DNA of 64,000 nt, taken from NCBI GenBank assembly GCA_964539655.1, contig CAZIJH010000002.1:8741-72740 (forward strand), given 5' to 3'. The first letter of the stretch is position 1. The number at the start of each line of letters is the position of its first letter. Below the pieces are notes generated by a model. The model ran no database searches and had not been told where the DNA came from. It was given only the letters and a program-made list of their open reading frames with translations. The DNA comes from an uncultured archaeon (lineage in GTDB: Archaea; Aenigmatarchaeota; Aenigmatarchaeia; CG10238-14; SCSR01). A program made the translations under genes and the position numbers. Below are positions 18,885 to 28,460 of this stretch, piece by piece.

Positions 18885-19460
18885 ATGGTGTACGCGATAT
18901 TTCTGACTACGCTTGTTGCGATCGTACTTTTGTTTTTCGCCGCCAGAAAATTTTTCAAGAAAGACCTGACGGGCGAACTTCTTATCGGCTTCTTTCTCGG
19001 ACTCTTCTGGGAAATCCTCACAAACCAGTCATGGAATTACGACACGACGCGCATGATAACGCTCTTTCTCGGAAGAGCGGAGATACCAATTGAAATTTTG
19101 ATGGGGTGGTCGTTCGTGCTCGCGGCATCGATACTGGCGACGGAAATAATTCAGAAATTCACCAAACATTACGGCAAGCTATCTTTCTTTGCGATAGGAA
19201 TTTTCTGCATATTTGCAATCGGGTTCTCGACAGAGATAATCGGAATCAACACCGGAATGTGGACTTATCCTGAAAACGTCGACAGCGGCATGTATTATAT
19301 TGGTGAGATTGCGATCCCTACAAAAGTGTCCTTCGGTTGGATGTTCTTCGGAATGCTGTTCCTGATAGTCACAAAATACTACCACCACGTTGTGGAGAGG
19401 TACGTCGAGTTCAATCTCAAGAAGCTGGCAAGGAAGATTTCTGGGCGTCGTCGACGATAA
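18885..19460 (+). CDS. Multi-pass membrane protein with internal E..W.Y repeat
   Basis: Hydrophobic helices; WEIL..WNY and TEII..WTY halves. Confidence 0.65.
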   Translation: MVYAIFLTTLVAIVLLFFAARKFFKKDLTGELLIGFFLGLFWEILTNQSWNYDTTRMITLFLGRAEIPIEILMGWSFVLAASILATEIIQKFTKHYGKLSFFAIGIFCIFAIGFSTEIIGINTGMWTYPENVDSGMYYIGEIAIPTKVSFGWMFFGMLFLIVTKYYHHVVERYVEFNLKKLARKISGRRRR

Positions 19461-21609
19461 CATTCCCGAGTTCAACTTGTTTTTTTATTATTCTCGCAAC
19501 ATTAGGGCCGACAATTTTTGAAAGCGATTCCATAGGAATCTTTTTCAGCGAATCAATTGTTTTGAGATTTGCATTGTAAAGTTTTCTCGCCCTTATGCGG
19601 CCGATCTGCTCGAGTTTTACGAGCGGGAGCAATTCTTCCTTTATCCCGTATTTCAGTCTCACTCTCGTCTTCCTGATCTCTTTCAGAAGATCTTTGTGGC
19701 CAAGAAGCAATCCGAGCTCGTTCATCGAGAATATCAACCAGTCAATATTGTCAAGCCTGTTCCTCAACTCGCCCGGAGCAACTTTGAATTTCGTAAGTAT
19801 CTCGTCTTCTGTCAATTCGTCCAACCACGCTTCGAAAAGTACAGCGGTCTTGACAGATTTGAAAAAATCCTCGAATTCCAAATCCCATTCTTCAGGTATG
19901 CTCTGCAAAAATTCCGACTCCCTTTGGGAGACCAGATTTCCGAGATCTCCAAATTCTCCCGCCCTAACTCCGATCAATGGTTGCATCTCAAGCGTGTTGC
20001 AGGCCGTCTGCACAAAACTGAATGCAGTGATTTTCTTTTCCATCGCTTTGTTCAACGCGTCGATAAAATTATGGGCAGTGAGCGGATCGAGATACAGCTC
20101 TGAAACTCTTTTTCCGATTCTCGTCGGATAAATTTTTCCCGACTCGTATTCTACGAGACCCCATTCGACAAAGTTCCCAATTATTTCCAGCAGCTTTTCT
20201 TTTATTGCAGTGATGTCTCCGAACTGGAAAGCGTAGAAAGTTTTCGAAAAGAAATCGAAAAGCGATTCCTCTGTTTTCACGAACCCGCTTGCAACCAGAG
20301 AAAGTGTGTGCATCCTGAGTATTGGTTCGACTGCAAGCTTCGAATAAATATCTTCGACATCGCCATGAATGAAATGATTTACAAGATCGTCAGCGTCGTC
20401 TTCCGATTTCGCGACAAGTATCGCCTCGCCAAAACTATCATACTGCGGCCGGCCGGCCCGTCCGGTCATCTGCTTGTACTCCAACACTGGGATGTAGGAC
20501 ATTCCCATGCCGTCGTAATACCTTTTCGCGTCCCTGATGACAACTCTGAATGCGGGGAGGTTCACGCCCAAAGCAAGTGTCGGAGTCGACGTGATAACTT
20601 TTATCAGACCTTTCCTGAAATTTTCTTCAATCAGCTTTTTCTGTTTTCCAACCAGACCAGCATGATGAAACGCCGCGCCGTTTATAACGCAGCTTGCAAG
20701 ACGCTTGCATTGCTTTGTCGGAGAGTCGAGCGCGCCCAGCACTTCATTGTAAACATTTCCAAGCTCCTTTTTCTCGTCCGGAGAAAGGAGCCGTCCAGTA
20801 ATATTCGATAAATTCTCTGCAAGAGCCTCCGCATTTTTTCTCGTTGACACAAAAAATAGCGCCTGTTTTTTCAACGACAAAGTATTTTTTACAATTCCTA
20901 TTTCCGTTTCCTGCTCAGTGAGCGAATATTTGTTACCTCCGAAAAGCTGTATGCTGGAATCGAACGACACCCCCTCGTACAATTTCACCGGCCTGAAGTC
21001 GCTGACAAGAAGATTAGCGTTCAGCCATTTCGCGAGCTCGTTTGAATTTTTGATAGTCGCTGACAAGCCGAGAATCTGAGCATTCGGAGAAATCTCCCTC
21101 AAAATTGTCAAAAGAATTTCCAGCGTCGGGCCGCGCGACGCGTCATTTAGCAAATGTATCTCGTCCACAACAATCAATCCTATCTGGCTTGTCCATGGAG
21201 TGCCGTGTCTGATCAAAGAATCGAGTTTCTCTGTAGTGCATACAATAACATCGTGATCCGACAGCCACCTGTCTGTAGAATCGAAATCCCCGACAGAAAG
21301 CGCGACTTTGTATTTGCCGTCGAAAAGTTTCTTGAAATATTCGTACTTCTCGTTCGCCAGCGCGACAAGCGGAGCGATATAGACGGCCTTGCATCTCCTC
21401 TCGTTAAATTTGTTCAGCATTGCAAGAGCGGCAATCAAAGTCTTCCCGCCAGCAGTTGGCATAGAAACGACGAGACTTTTTTCCTTCAGCAGATTTTTTC
21501 TGATGATGTCTGCCTGCGGAGGATACAAGTCCGATATTTTTTCTTCGGTCTTAAACTTCTCCACGAATTCCTTCGGTACTCCGAATTTCTCAAGCTCTTC
21601 AACTCTCAT
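19417..21609 (-). CDS. hel308: ATP-dependent DNA helicase Hel308 (Ski2-like)
   Basis: PTAGGKT, DEIH, SAT, FHHAGL, QMTGRAGRPQYD, C-terminal HhH. Confidence 0.95.
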   Translation of the reverse strand: MRVEELEKFGVPKEFVEKFKTEEKISDLYPPQADIIRKNLLKEKSLVVSMPTAGGKTLIAALAMLNKFNERRCKAVYIAPLVALANEKYEYFKKLFDGKYKVALSVGDFDSTDRWLSDHDVIVCTTEKLDSLIRHGTPWTSQIGLIVVDEIHLLNDASRGPTLEILLTILREISPNAQILGLSATIKNSNELAKWLNANLLVSDFRPVKLYEGVSFDSSIQLFGGNKYSLTEQETEIGIVKNTLSLKKQALFFVSTRKNAEALAENLSNITGRLLSPDEKKELGNVYNEVLGALDSPTKQCKRLASCVINGAAFHHAGLVGKQKKLIEENFRKGLIKVITSTPTLALGVNLPAFRVVIRDAKRYYDGMGMSYIPVLEYKQMTGRAGRPQYDSFGEAILVAKSEDDADDLVNHFIHGDVEDIYSKLAVEPILRMHTLSLVASGFVKTEESLFDFFSKTFYAFQFGDITAIKEKLLEIIGNFVEWGLVEYESGKIYPTRIGKRVSELYLDPLTAHNFIDALNKAMEKKITAFSFVQTACNTLEMQPLIGVRAGEFGDLGNLVSQRESEFLQSIPEEWDLEFEDFFKSVKTAVLFEAWLDELTEDEILTKFKVAPGELRNRLDNIDWLIFSMNELGLLLGHKDLLKEIRKTRVRLKYGIKEELLPLVKLEQIGRIRARKLYNANLKTIDSLKKIPMESLSKIVGPNVARIIKKQVELGNVIVDDAQKSSLPAS

Positions 21610-21663
21610 GCGATTCACATCAATATTTATTGCTAATTCATCCAAACAACTTTATTGATAAAA

Positions 21664-22644
21664 ATGTTTTCCCTCGGCATCGAAAGCAGCGCGCACACTT
21701 TTGGTATTGGAATAATGGATGACAAAGGAAATATATTAGCTGATGTGCGGGATATGTTCGTTCCGAAACCCGGCAAGGGATTCGTTCCGAGGGAACTGGC
21801 CGACCACCATCTTGAAGTTGCCAACAAAATTTTGAACGACGCACTGAAAAAATCGAAAATGAAAATTTCAGACATCGACGTTATTTCTTTTTCGCAAGGA
21901 CCGGGAATACCGAACGCGTTAAGAGTCGGGTCTACGATGGCGAGATTCATTTCCGAAAAATTCAAAAAACCTTTGGCTGGAGTGAACCATTGCATCGCCC
22001 ACATAGAAATCGGAAAAATGGAAACTGGCGTAAAGGATCCTGTTGTAGTTTATCTTTCGGGCGGGAACACTCAGATTATAGCATATGTCGACGGCTCGTA
22101 CAGAATATTCGGCGAATCGGAAGACATTCCTGTCGGAAATTGTTTCGATTCGATTGCAAGAGAAATGAATCTGAAAATGCCCGGCGGAATCGAAATAGAA
22201 AAACTTGCAAAGAGCGGGAAATACATCGAGCTACCGTACGTCGTAAAGGGAATGGATCTCAGCTTTACCGGAATTGCTACCGACTCTATTGAAAAATTCA
22301 AATCCGGAGCGAAAAAGGAAGACATAGCATACAGCCTGCAGGAAACATGCTTTGCAATGCTAACAGAAGTTGCGGAACGTGCGCTGGCACATACAGGTAA
22401 AAAAGATATTCTTCTTGTCGGCGGAGTGGCTGCTAACAAAAGATTGCAGGAAATGATGAAAAAGATGTGCGATTCGCGCGGAGCAAAATTCAACGCGGTT
22501 TCTCAGAAATTTTCTGGCGACAACGGATCGATGATAGCGTGGACTGGAATATTGCAGAAGAAAAGCGATCAGATTTTGAAAATAAATCAGAGTGGTATAA
22601 AACAGAATTGGAGAACTGACCAAGCGGAAATTGCCTGGTTATGA
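21664..22644 (+). CDS. kae1: KEOPS t6A synthase Kae1
   Basis: LGIESSAH, HCIAHIE, SGGNTQ, GGVAAN, DNGSMIA. Confidence 0.96.
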   Translation: MFSLGIESSAHTFGIGIMDDKGNILADVRDMFVPKPGKGFVPRELADHHLEVANKILNDALKKSKMKISDIDVISFSQGPGIPNALRVGSTMARFISEKFKKPLAGVNHCIAHIEIGKMETGVKDPVVVYLSGGNTQIIAYVDGSYRIFGESEDIPVGNCFDSIAREMNLKMPGGIEIEKLAKSGKYIELPYVVKGMDLSFTGIATDSIEKFKSGAKKEDIAYSLQETCFAMLTEVAERALAHTGKKDILLVGGVAANKRLQEMMKKMCDSRGAKFNAVSQKFSGDNGSMIAWTGILQKKSDQILKINQSGIKQNWRTDQAEIAWL

Positions 22645-22650
22645 TTCGAT

Positions 22651-22914
22651 TTAGATCAATTCGTTCTCGCTAACGATCACGAAGTCGCCAATGCTCTTAA
22701 CAGCGGAAAACGGAACCAGCAACCTTCCCTTCTCGTCGGACTTTATGTTCAGGTCGTTGAGATGCTTCGTGGGTTGGTCTACTATGATGTTCAAGAGCTC
22801 GCCGCTCTCTGTGATGAAATCGATGTTGTTGACTACACCGAATTTCCTTCCCGTCTCCTCGCTGATAATGGTCTTTCCTATTATGTCGCCAGCGCGGACT
22901 TTTTGTTCAGCCAT
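22651..22914 (-). CDS. PRC-barrel domain protein
   Basis: IIGKTII..G..FGVV, VPFSAVKSIGDFVIV. Confidence 0.88.
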   Translation of the reverse strand: MAEQKVRAGDIIGKTIISEETGRKFGVVNNIDFITESGELLNIIVDQPTKHLNDLNIKSDEKGRLLVPFSAVKSIGDFVIVSENELI

Positions 22915-22998
22915 TGTAAAATTCACCTTTTGTTTGAACTTGAGTAGTTTGATATATCAGTATATTGTTCTTTAACCTTTTTAAGCTATAATTGGATT

Positions 22999-23532
22999 AT
23001 GCAGCGCTTGTTCATCGGGATTTTCATTCCGAAAGATTTAAAAGAAAGAATACTTTCGCTGCAGGGAAAGATAAAATCCGTGCATCAGGGCTGCAAATTC
23101 GTGGAACCTGAAAACATGCACGTCAGCCTGTCATTCATTGGAGCAACCGAGGACGATAAAGTTCCGGATATCGAGCAAAAATTGTCAGATGTCTGTAAAA
23201 ATTTCAAAAAATTCAGCGTCCGAGTCGGCGGACTGAAGATCATACCGAGCGAAAAATATATTCGAGTTCTCGCTCTGGACCTTTCGTCGGAAGACAACTT
23301 GGAAAGGCTGTCGAAAGAAATCAAAATTAATGTTGGAGGGGATGTCAAGCCTCCACATCTCACATTGTGCAGGATAAGCAGGCCAATTGACGACAAGGAA
23401 AGGTTTGTGGAGAAGTTGAAAGGAATTGACTGGACCGTAGGAAGTTTCGTGGCAGACAAGGTCTCTCTGATAAGCAGCGTGGTGTCCAGAAGCGGGCCAA
23501 CATATACATCATTGCACGACTATGGTCTCTGA
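22999..23532 (+). CDS. thpR: RNA 2',3'-cyclic phosphodiesterase (2H family)
   Basis: RLFIGI, HVSL and HLTL motifs, GPTY. Confidence 0.92.
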   Translation: MQRLFIGIFIPKDLKERILSLQGKIKSVHQGCKFVEPENMHVSLSFIGATEDDKVPDIEQKLSDVCKNFKKFSVRVGGLKIIPSEKYIRVLALDLSSEDNLERLSKEIKINVGGDVKPPHLTLCRISRPIDDKERFVEKLKGIDWTVGSFVADKVSLISSVVSRSGPTYTSLHDYGL

Positions 23533-24411
23533 ATTCGAATTGTTTATAACATCCTTAGGCGCCGTAATGAATTCCTTTAGCTCGCGCGCTTTCGGCTCCG
23601 ACTTGTACTGCTCGATTGAAATTTTCTCGCGGAGCGTCTTGTAGATTTCTTTTTTTGTAAGATCCTCGACTTCTTTTCCCTGCGGCGCCCTCGATATATA
23701 ATCTACTTCGCCGAGCTGCATGAATTCCTTGATTATCAAGTCCCCTCCCCTGTCGCCGTCGACAAAGAGCGTCACGACCTTTTCCCTGGAAAGGTTCACG
23801 ATGTCTTCAGGAATGTTTATGCCGTCGATGCATATGGCGTTCTTGATTCCGTTCTTCAAAAGATTGATCACGTCAGACCTGCCCTCCACGATCACAATTT
23901 CATCGGACGTCAAAACTTCTGGGCCACACGAGAATCCTCGGTATTCCTGCAATTGCGAAATCCTCGCGCTCTCCTTTATTTTTTCCGTCATCGTAAGAGA
24001 CGACACATCCTCCTCTTCCATGCTCTCGAGAATTTCCTTCGCGCGGCCCATAACAAAATCGCGCTTTAATGAACGGACGTCCTTCATCTCTTTGATTTTC
24101 ACTTTCGAGTTACAGGGACCGATTCTTTCTATCGTCTCGAGTGATGCCGCAATCAACGCTGTCTCCGAACTGTCCATGCTTGTAGGAATAATTATTTTTC
24201 CGATTGTCTTCGCCGACTCTGAAATTGCCTCGACATCTATTCTTCCTATTCGTCCGGTTCTCTGCAGCTCTCTCAGATCCAAATCAGGACCGAGCAATCC
24301 TTCCGTCTGCCCGAATATTGCGCCGATGATGTCAGGCTTTTCCACTATTCCGTCTGACGAGAACTCTGCCTCGATTAGATATTTTGTTGTAGACTGAGCT
24401 AATTTTACCAT
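23509..24411 (-). CDS. dnaG: Archaeal DnaG-like protein
   Basis: KPDIIGAIFGQTEGLLG, VEGRSDV, DGDRGG. Confidence 0.95.
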   Translation of the reverse strand: MVKLAQSTTKYLIEAEFSSDGIVEKPDIIGAIFGQTEGLLGPDLDLRELQRTGRIGRIDVEAISESAKTIGKIIIPTSMDSSETALIAASLETIERIGPCNSKVKIKEMKDVRSLKRDFVMGRAKEILESMEEEDVSSLTMTEKIKESARISQLQEYRGFSCGPEVLTSDEIVIVEGRSDVINLLKNGIKNAICIDGINIPEDIVNLSREKVVTLFVDGDRGGDLIIKEFMQLGEVDYISRAPQGKEVEDLTKKEIYKTLREKISIEQYKSEPKARELKEFITAPKDVINNSNSETIVVQ

Positions 24412-24793
24412 TAAATGATTCCTCCATGAAAGATGAAGTGATTAATTTTGTGACAGGCGTGATATCCTCTATGTGAGATACGTGAAACAGATTTCTGAAT
24501 CTGTTGCGATGTTCCGAAAGCGTTTTTATTTCGTCGTGATTCAGCATTTTTTCGAGCAAGGACGCTTTCTCCTCGCCCTCTCTGTCGAAGTCTGTTAGTA
24601 TCGTTACGGGATTTGTGTTTCGTGATTTTACCTTCTCGACAATCGCGTCGAGCGAATTTCCGGAAATGTCCATTACATTTTCCAAACCTAAAAGAGACAG
24701 CTGTTTTTTGTCGTTGACACCTTCGACTATGATAAGACCGTCTTCATCAAGCAAGTCCGTTTTGAATTTGATTATTTTTTCGATGTTGAACAT
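24332..24793 (-). CDS. Small TOPRIM-domain protein
   Basis: IIVEGVND, ILTDFDREGE. Confidence 0.88.
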   Translation of the reverse strand: MFNIEKIIKFKTDLLDEDGLIIVEGVNDKKQLSLLGLENVMDISGNSLDAIVEKVKSRNTNPVTILTDFDREGEEKASLLEKMLNHDEIKTLSEHRNRFRNLFHVSHIEDITPVTKLITSSFMEESFNGKISSVYNKISNRGRVLVRRNSGKA

Positions 24794-24798
24794 AAATT

Positions 24799-25593
24799 TT
24801 ATTCTATATTTTCGATGATGTCTCGCTCTGTGATAATTCCTTTGAGATTGCCGTCGGAATCCAACACCGGAAGCCCGCCGACATCCTTTTCGGTCATTAA
24901 TTTAACAGCTTCCGAAATATCTAAGCCTTTCGTTATTGAAAAGAAATTTTGCGAAGCTATGCTGTCAATCGGATCTGCGCTGTTCCTAAATGTGAAATTC
25001 GTGTTCGCGAAATGCTTCAACATGTCCATCGACGAAACTATCCCAACCATCTTTTCTCCCTTGACGATCGGCATCCTCCTGTAATGAGTGTTCACCATAA
25101 TTTTCAGCGCGTCGATTATTTTCGTCCCGCTCTTGAGAACAAAAGGCTTTTTTGTCATGACGGACTCTACTGTCATGTTGAAGACATTCCCGTATACCAC
25201 CCTGACGAAATTTCTTTCATTTACCATTCCAACGAGCTTTTTATCCTTCACAATAGGAGCTCCTCCGCGCTTGGAAAACATCAGTTTTTTCAAAACAAAA
25301 TCGGCGGACTCGTCCGGGCTGCAGATAACAACCTGCCTCACCATTATCTCGGAAACCTTCTTGTCGAAATTTATATTTCTCAGAAGAGCGTCCAGAATAT
25401 CCATAGTCGAAATTATTCCGACCATTTTTTTGGAATTGTCAAGGACCGGAAGCCGCCTGCTTCCGGACATTATCATTTTTTCGACTACGCTTTTTATTTT
25501 GTCGGAATCCGAGACGTAGTCCGGCATCGTGTTGGCTATCTTGATTACGCTGTCATACATGTCCAATTTCGGACGCTCGATTTGCTCGTTCAT
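24799..25593 (-). CDS. Four-CBS-domain protein
   Basis: Repeated RRLPV..VGIIS / GGLPV..GIITERD. Confidence 0.9.
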   Translation of the reverse strand: MNEQIERPKLDMYDSVIKIANTMPDYVSDSDKIKSVVEKMIMSGSRRLPVLDNSKKMVGIISTMDILDALLRNINFDKKVSEIMVRQVVICSPDESADFVLKKLMFSKRGGAPIVKDKKLVGMVNERNFVRVVYGNVFNMTVESVMTKKPFVLKSGTKIIDALKIMVNTHYRRMPIVKGEKMVGIVSSMDMLKHFANTNFTFRNSADPIDSIASQNFFSITKGLDISEAVKLMTEKDVGGLPVLDSDGNLKGIITERDIIENIE

Positions 25594-25594
25594 T

Positions 25595-26131
25595 CTACGA
25601 TTCTTCCATGCAATCTTCGCAAGTCCAGACTCCGTCAATATTCTTGAGGTCGCTTGAAAAGTTCCCGCACACTTCACAGACTCCGGACGTGATTTTTTCC
25701 TTCAGTTCGAACGGCTCCTCTTTCATTTTCAACCTGTATTCGAGAAGGTCAACCATGTCGGGAGAAGACCTTGCAATGTCAGTCAGAGAAATCACGCCGA
25801 CAATCTTTCCCTTGTCCGTGACCGGCAACCTGTGTATGTTGTTGTTCTTCATTTTCTTGACTGCGAGAGTAACATCGTCATTCGGCTGCGTGGTTACTAC
25901 CGGAGAACTCATAATCTCTTTGATTTTAATTTTTTGGGGAAGAATATTCTTGGAAACAACTTTGCTTATGATATCGCTGTCGGACAAAACTCCTACAGGC
26001 TTCCCACTTTTTGTTACGACGAGAAAACCTCTCCTGTTCTCGCTCATGTCCAAAGCCGCGTCTTTGGCCGTCTTGCTTTCGTCGATCGTGTACGCGGGTT
26101 TCGACATTATTTCCTTGACAAACATCGGCAT
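25595..26131 (-). CDS. CBS-pair protein with C-terminal zinc ribbon
   Basis: VKEIMS, HRLPV, CEVC..CEDC. Confidence 0.9.
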   Translation of the reverse strand: MPMFVKEIMSKPAYTIDESKTAKDAALDMSENRRGFLVVTKSGKPVGVLSDSDIISKVVSKNILPQKIKIKEIMSSPVVTTQPNDDVTLAVKKMKNNNIHRLPVTDKGKIVGVISLTDIARSSPDMVDLLEYRLKMKEEPFELKEKITSGVCEVCGNFSSDLKNIDGVWTCEDCMEES

Positions 26132-26157
26132 AAGATAATCACCTGTATATTATTTGT

Positions 26158-26484
26158 TTACCCTCTTAAAAATTCGCTTATGTCCCTGCCGTCGCCAACC
26201 GCGATTTTTTTTTGAGGATGCATTATCCTGATTTTACCGTAACCGAAATCGACGACGAGAAAGAATGGTATTCCCTCCAAAGTTTCCTGCATGTAGTCGT
26301 AATAGTAGAACGGATTCCTCTTCGAAGATTTTATCTGAAGGAAAACACATTTTCCGCTTTTGATGCAAATGAGGTCGGCTTCTCCCAAGCTTGCCCCGGA
26401 CCTTACAACCTTCCAATTGTTCTTTTCGAAAAGAAGGCGGATTTTCCTCTCGACCCTGTACCCCTTTCTCTTGGAATTGAACAT
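26158..26484 (-). CDS. hjc: Holliday junction resolvase Hjc-like
   Basis: KGYRVER, VVRSGAS, DLI, IQ/LQIK-type PD-(D/E)xK core. Confidence 0.82.
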   Translation of the reverse strand: MFNSKRKGYRVERKIRLLFEKNNWKVVRSGASLGEADLICIKSGKCVFLQIKSSKRNPFYYYDYMQETLEGIPFFLVVDFGYGKIRIMHPQKKIAVGDGRDISEFLRG

Positions 26485-26532
26485 AATTTATATTTGCGCG
26501 CCGAGTAAAAGAATAAAGAGTTTGATTTGAAA

Positions 26533-27210
26533 ATGGAAATTCTCGTCATCAGCTGCATTCACAACGACGTTGAGAACATGATGGTTCTTGTCGACAGGCT
26601 CGAAGGCAGAAAATTTGACGTCGTCGTGTGCCCGGGAGATTTTACAGATTACAAGCTTCCTCCGGGTTTCACGCAGCGCGATCTCGCAAAAATAGTGATC
26701 GAAGAGCTGAGGACGATTTCCAAAAATGTCATTGCTGTTCCAGGAAGCTGGGACAAAGAGATAATAGACCTACTCGACAAGGAAAAGGTCAGCGTGCACG
26801 GAAAAGGCAGGATAATTGACGGAGTCGGATTCTACGGATACGGTGGGGGAAGGACTCCGTTCAACACTCCGTTCGAGCCCAGCGACGAGGAAATAGCAAA
26901 AGGCCTGAAGAATGCGTACAAGGATGTCGAAAAATCGCAGACGAAGATACAGATAACACACATGCCGCCCGCGGGGACGAGAACAGATGTGATCTTCAGC
27001 GGAGCGCACGTCGGATCGGAGGCCATAAGGAAATTTATCGAGGAAAACTCCCCGGCCGCAGCGATCTGCTCGCACATACACGAGGCGAGAGGGATTGACA
27101 CGCTCAACAAAACTAAAATTATCAACAGCGGAAGGTTCCCCGAGGGTTATGTTGGCATAATTTCACTGAAGGAAGGAAACGTTTCAGCCGAAGTTGTAAA
27201 TTTGATATAG
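26533..27210 (+). CDS. Calcineurin-like metallophosphoesterase
   Basis: SCIH, GDFT, PGSWD, THMPP, HVGS, HIHE. Confidence 0.88.
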   Translation: MEILVISCIHNDVENMMVLVDRLEGRKFDVVVCPGDFTDYKLPPGFTQRDLAKIVIEELRTISKNVIAVPGSWDKEIIDLLDKEKVSVHGKGRIIDGVGFYGYGGGRTPFNTPFEPSDEEIAKGLKNAYKDVEKSQTKIQITHMPPAGTRTDVIFSGAHVGSEAIRKFIEENSPAAAICSHIHEARGIDTLNKTKIINSGRFPEGYVGIISLKEGNVSAEVVNLI

Positions 27211-27351
27211 ATTATGCAGTATACAAAATCCTTTTTATATCTAGAATCCCAATTTCTTGTTTACCCACAGCGGATTAACAAAAACCTTTGGAAAAAATTC
27301 AGCAATTTCACACAATCACAACATCAGCAGTCACAAAGGAAAAGACCCATA

Positions 27352-27771
27352 ATGAGTTTAGAGGAATCGCTGGTTGTAAAGGAATCTGTCATTGATTTTT
27401 CTGTCGATTCTATAGTACAGGAAAGGACCGAAGAGAGGGTCGACAACATAATTATTCTTGCCGAAAGGTTGGATTTTTTTGACATCCAGCTGCTGAGAAA
27501 GTTTTACATTACCGGGAAGGACTTTCCATATGACACGCAGCCGTACTGCTTCCCGATACTATTCCTTGAAATGAAAGTGAACAACAAAATTTCAATCGGC
27601 CAGGAAGCCTTGAGAAAAAGATTGGACAACCTGACGAAACTCGGACTGATCGAGAAAATCGGAAGATCGAATCCGGCAAACTATTCTCCGGTCAAGGGAT
27701 CCGAGCAGGTAGTGCGCGCACTGATCACAAGGTTCTTCGTAATTAATGGCCTGAACAAGTTTCTTGCCTAA
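27352..27771 (+). CDS. Winged-helix protein adjacent to putative origin
   Basis: EALRKRLDNLTKLGLIEK..NPANY wHTH pattern; start uncertain (ORF open from 27214). Confidence 0.65.
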   Translation: MSLEESLVVKESVIDFSVDSIVQERTEERVDNIIILAERLDFFDIQLLRKFYITGKDFPYDTQPYCFPILFLEMKVNNKISIGQEALRKRLDNLTKLGLIEKIGRSNPANYSPVKGSEQVVRALITRFFVINGLNKFLA

Positions 27772-27937
27772 GAAAAATATTTTCTGAAATGTTTCCTAAA
27801 ATAGTTATGATGTTTCCAATTGTATTTTGAAACGTTTACAACCAATATTTGTGAATATTCCAACCATATTGTCTGAGGATTCAAACTGATTGCTGCGGAG
27901 ATTCCAACAAAATTTTCTGACAAATCACAAAACTGTG

Positions 27938-28103
27938 CGAATAGGCAGGTGGCGACGAAATTTTTCAAATCAAATCAAAAATCGATCAAAAATATTTATT
28001 ATTATATTATTATAAAATAACATAGTTATTATATTATTATATTATTTTTCTGAAAACAATATATTTTATTATAAGTCAGGCGGCGTCGCCGGCTGCCTAA
28101 GCG
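27938..28103. promoter_or_regulatory. Candidate replication origin: inverted repeat flanking an AT-rich DUE-like core
   Basis: TAGGCAGnnGGCGACG (27942-27957) inverted at 28084-28099; 11 G/C in the 117 bp 27958-28074. Confidence 0.55.
27996..28040. repeat. 15-bp direct repeat TTATTATATTATTAT, two copies 30 bp apart
   Basis: Copies at 27996-28010 and 28026-28040. Confidence 0.9.
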
Positions 28104-28186
28104 AAAATTTTTTTGAAATCACATAATTAATGACAGATTTGGAATCCGGTAAGTTATTTATATTATTGAAACTAATCATAGAAAAT

Positions 28187-28444
28187 ATGAAACGAGGCAG
28201 GCCGAACATAAGGCAGGTCATACAGTCGAGTTTGGTTGACATTCTGACGACATCACAGACGCCGCTCACAGTTTCGACGCTCACAAGGTTCGTTTCCCAG
28301 CAGTCGAACAGGACGATAAGCTGGAACACGGTGCAAAAATACCTGAACGAGCTCATCGTAGCAGACAGAATCCAGGTAATAACTTTGCCTCACTCAAAAT
28401 TCGAGAACAAAGACGGACTAACGGTTTATACTTTAAAGAAGTAA
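28187..28444 (+). CDS. Small winged-helix protein with N-terminal RGRP motif
   Basis: MKRGRP; PLTVSTL..ISWNTVQKYLNEL..VYTL. Confidence 0.7.
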   Translation: MKRGRPNIRQVIQSSLVDILTTSQTPLTVSTLTRFVSQQSNRTISWNTVQKYLNELIVADRIQVITLPHSKFENKDGLTVYTLKK

Positions 28445-28460
28445 TTCTGAATGAAAATCC

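Noticed and set aside
23509..24793. TOPRIM-dnaG overlap as a novel system
   Set aside because: This pairing is common in archaea; the overlap is unremarkable
27807..27876. Possible C/D box sRNA (ATGATGT...CTGA)
   Set aside because: Imperfect C box, no convincing C'/D' boxes or terminal stem
27780..27910. Canonical ORB elements (TTCC/TTCCA fragments)
   Set aside because: No TTCCA..GGAAA dyad or G-string; the short matches are expected by chance
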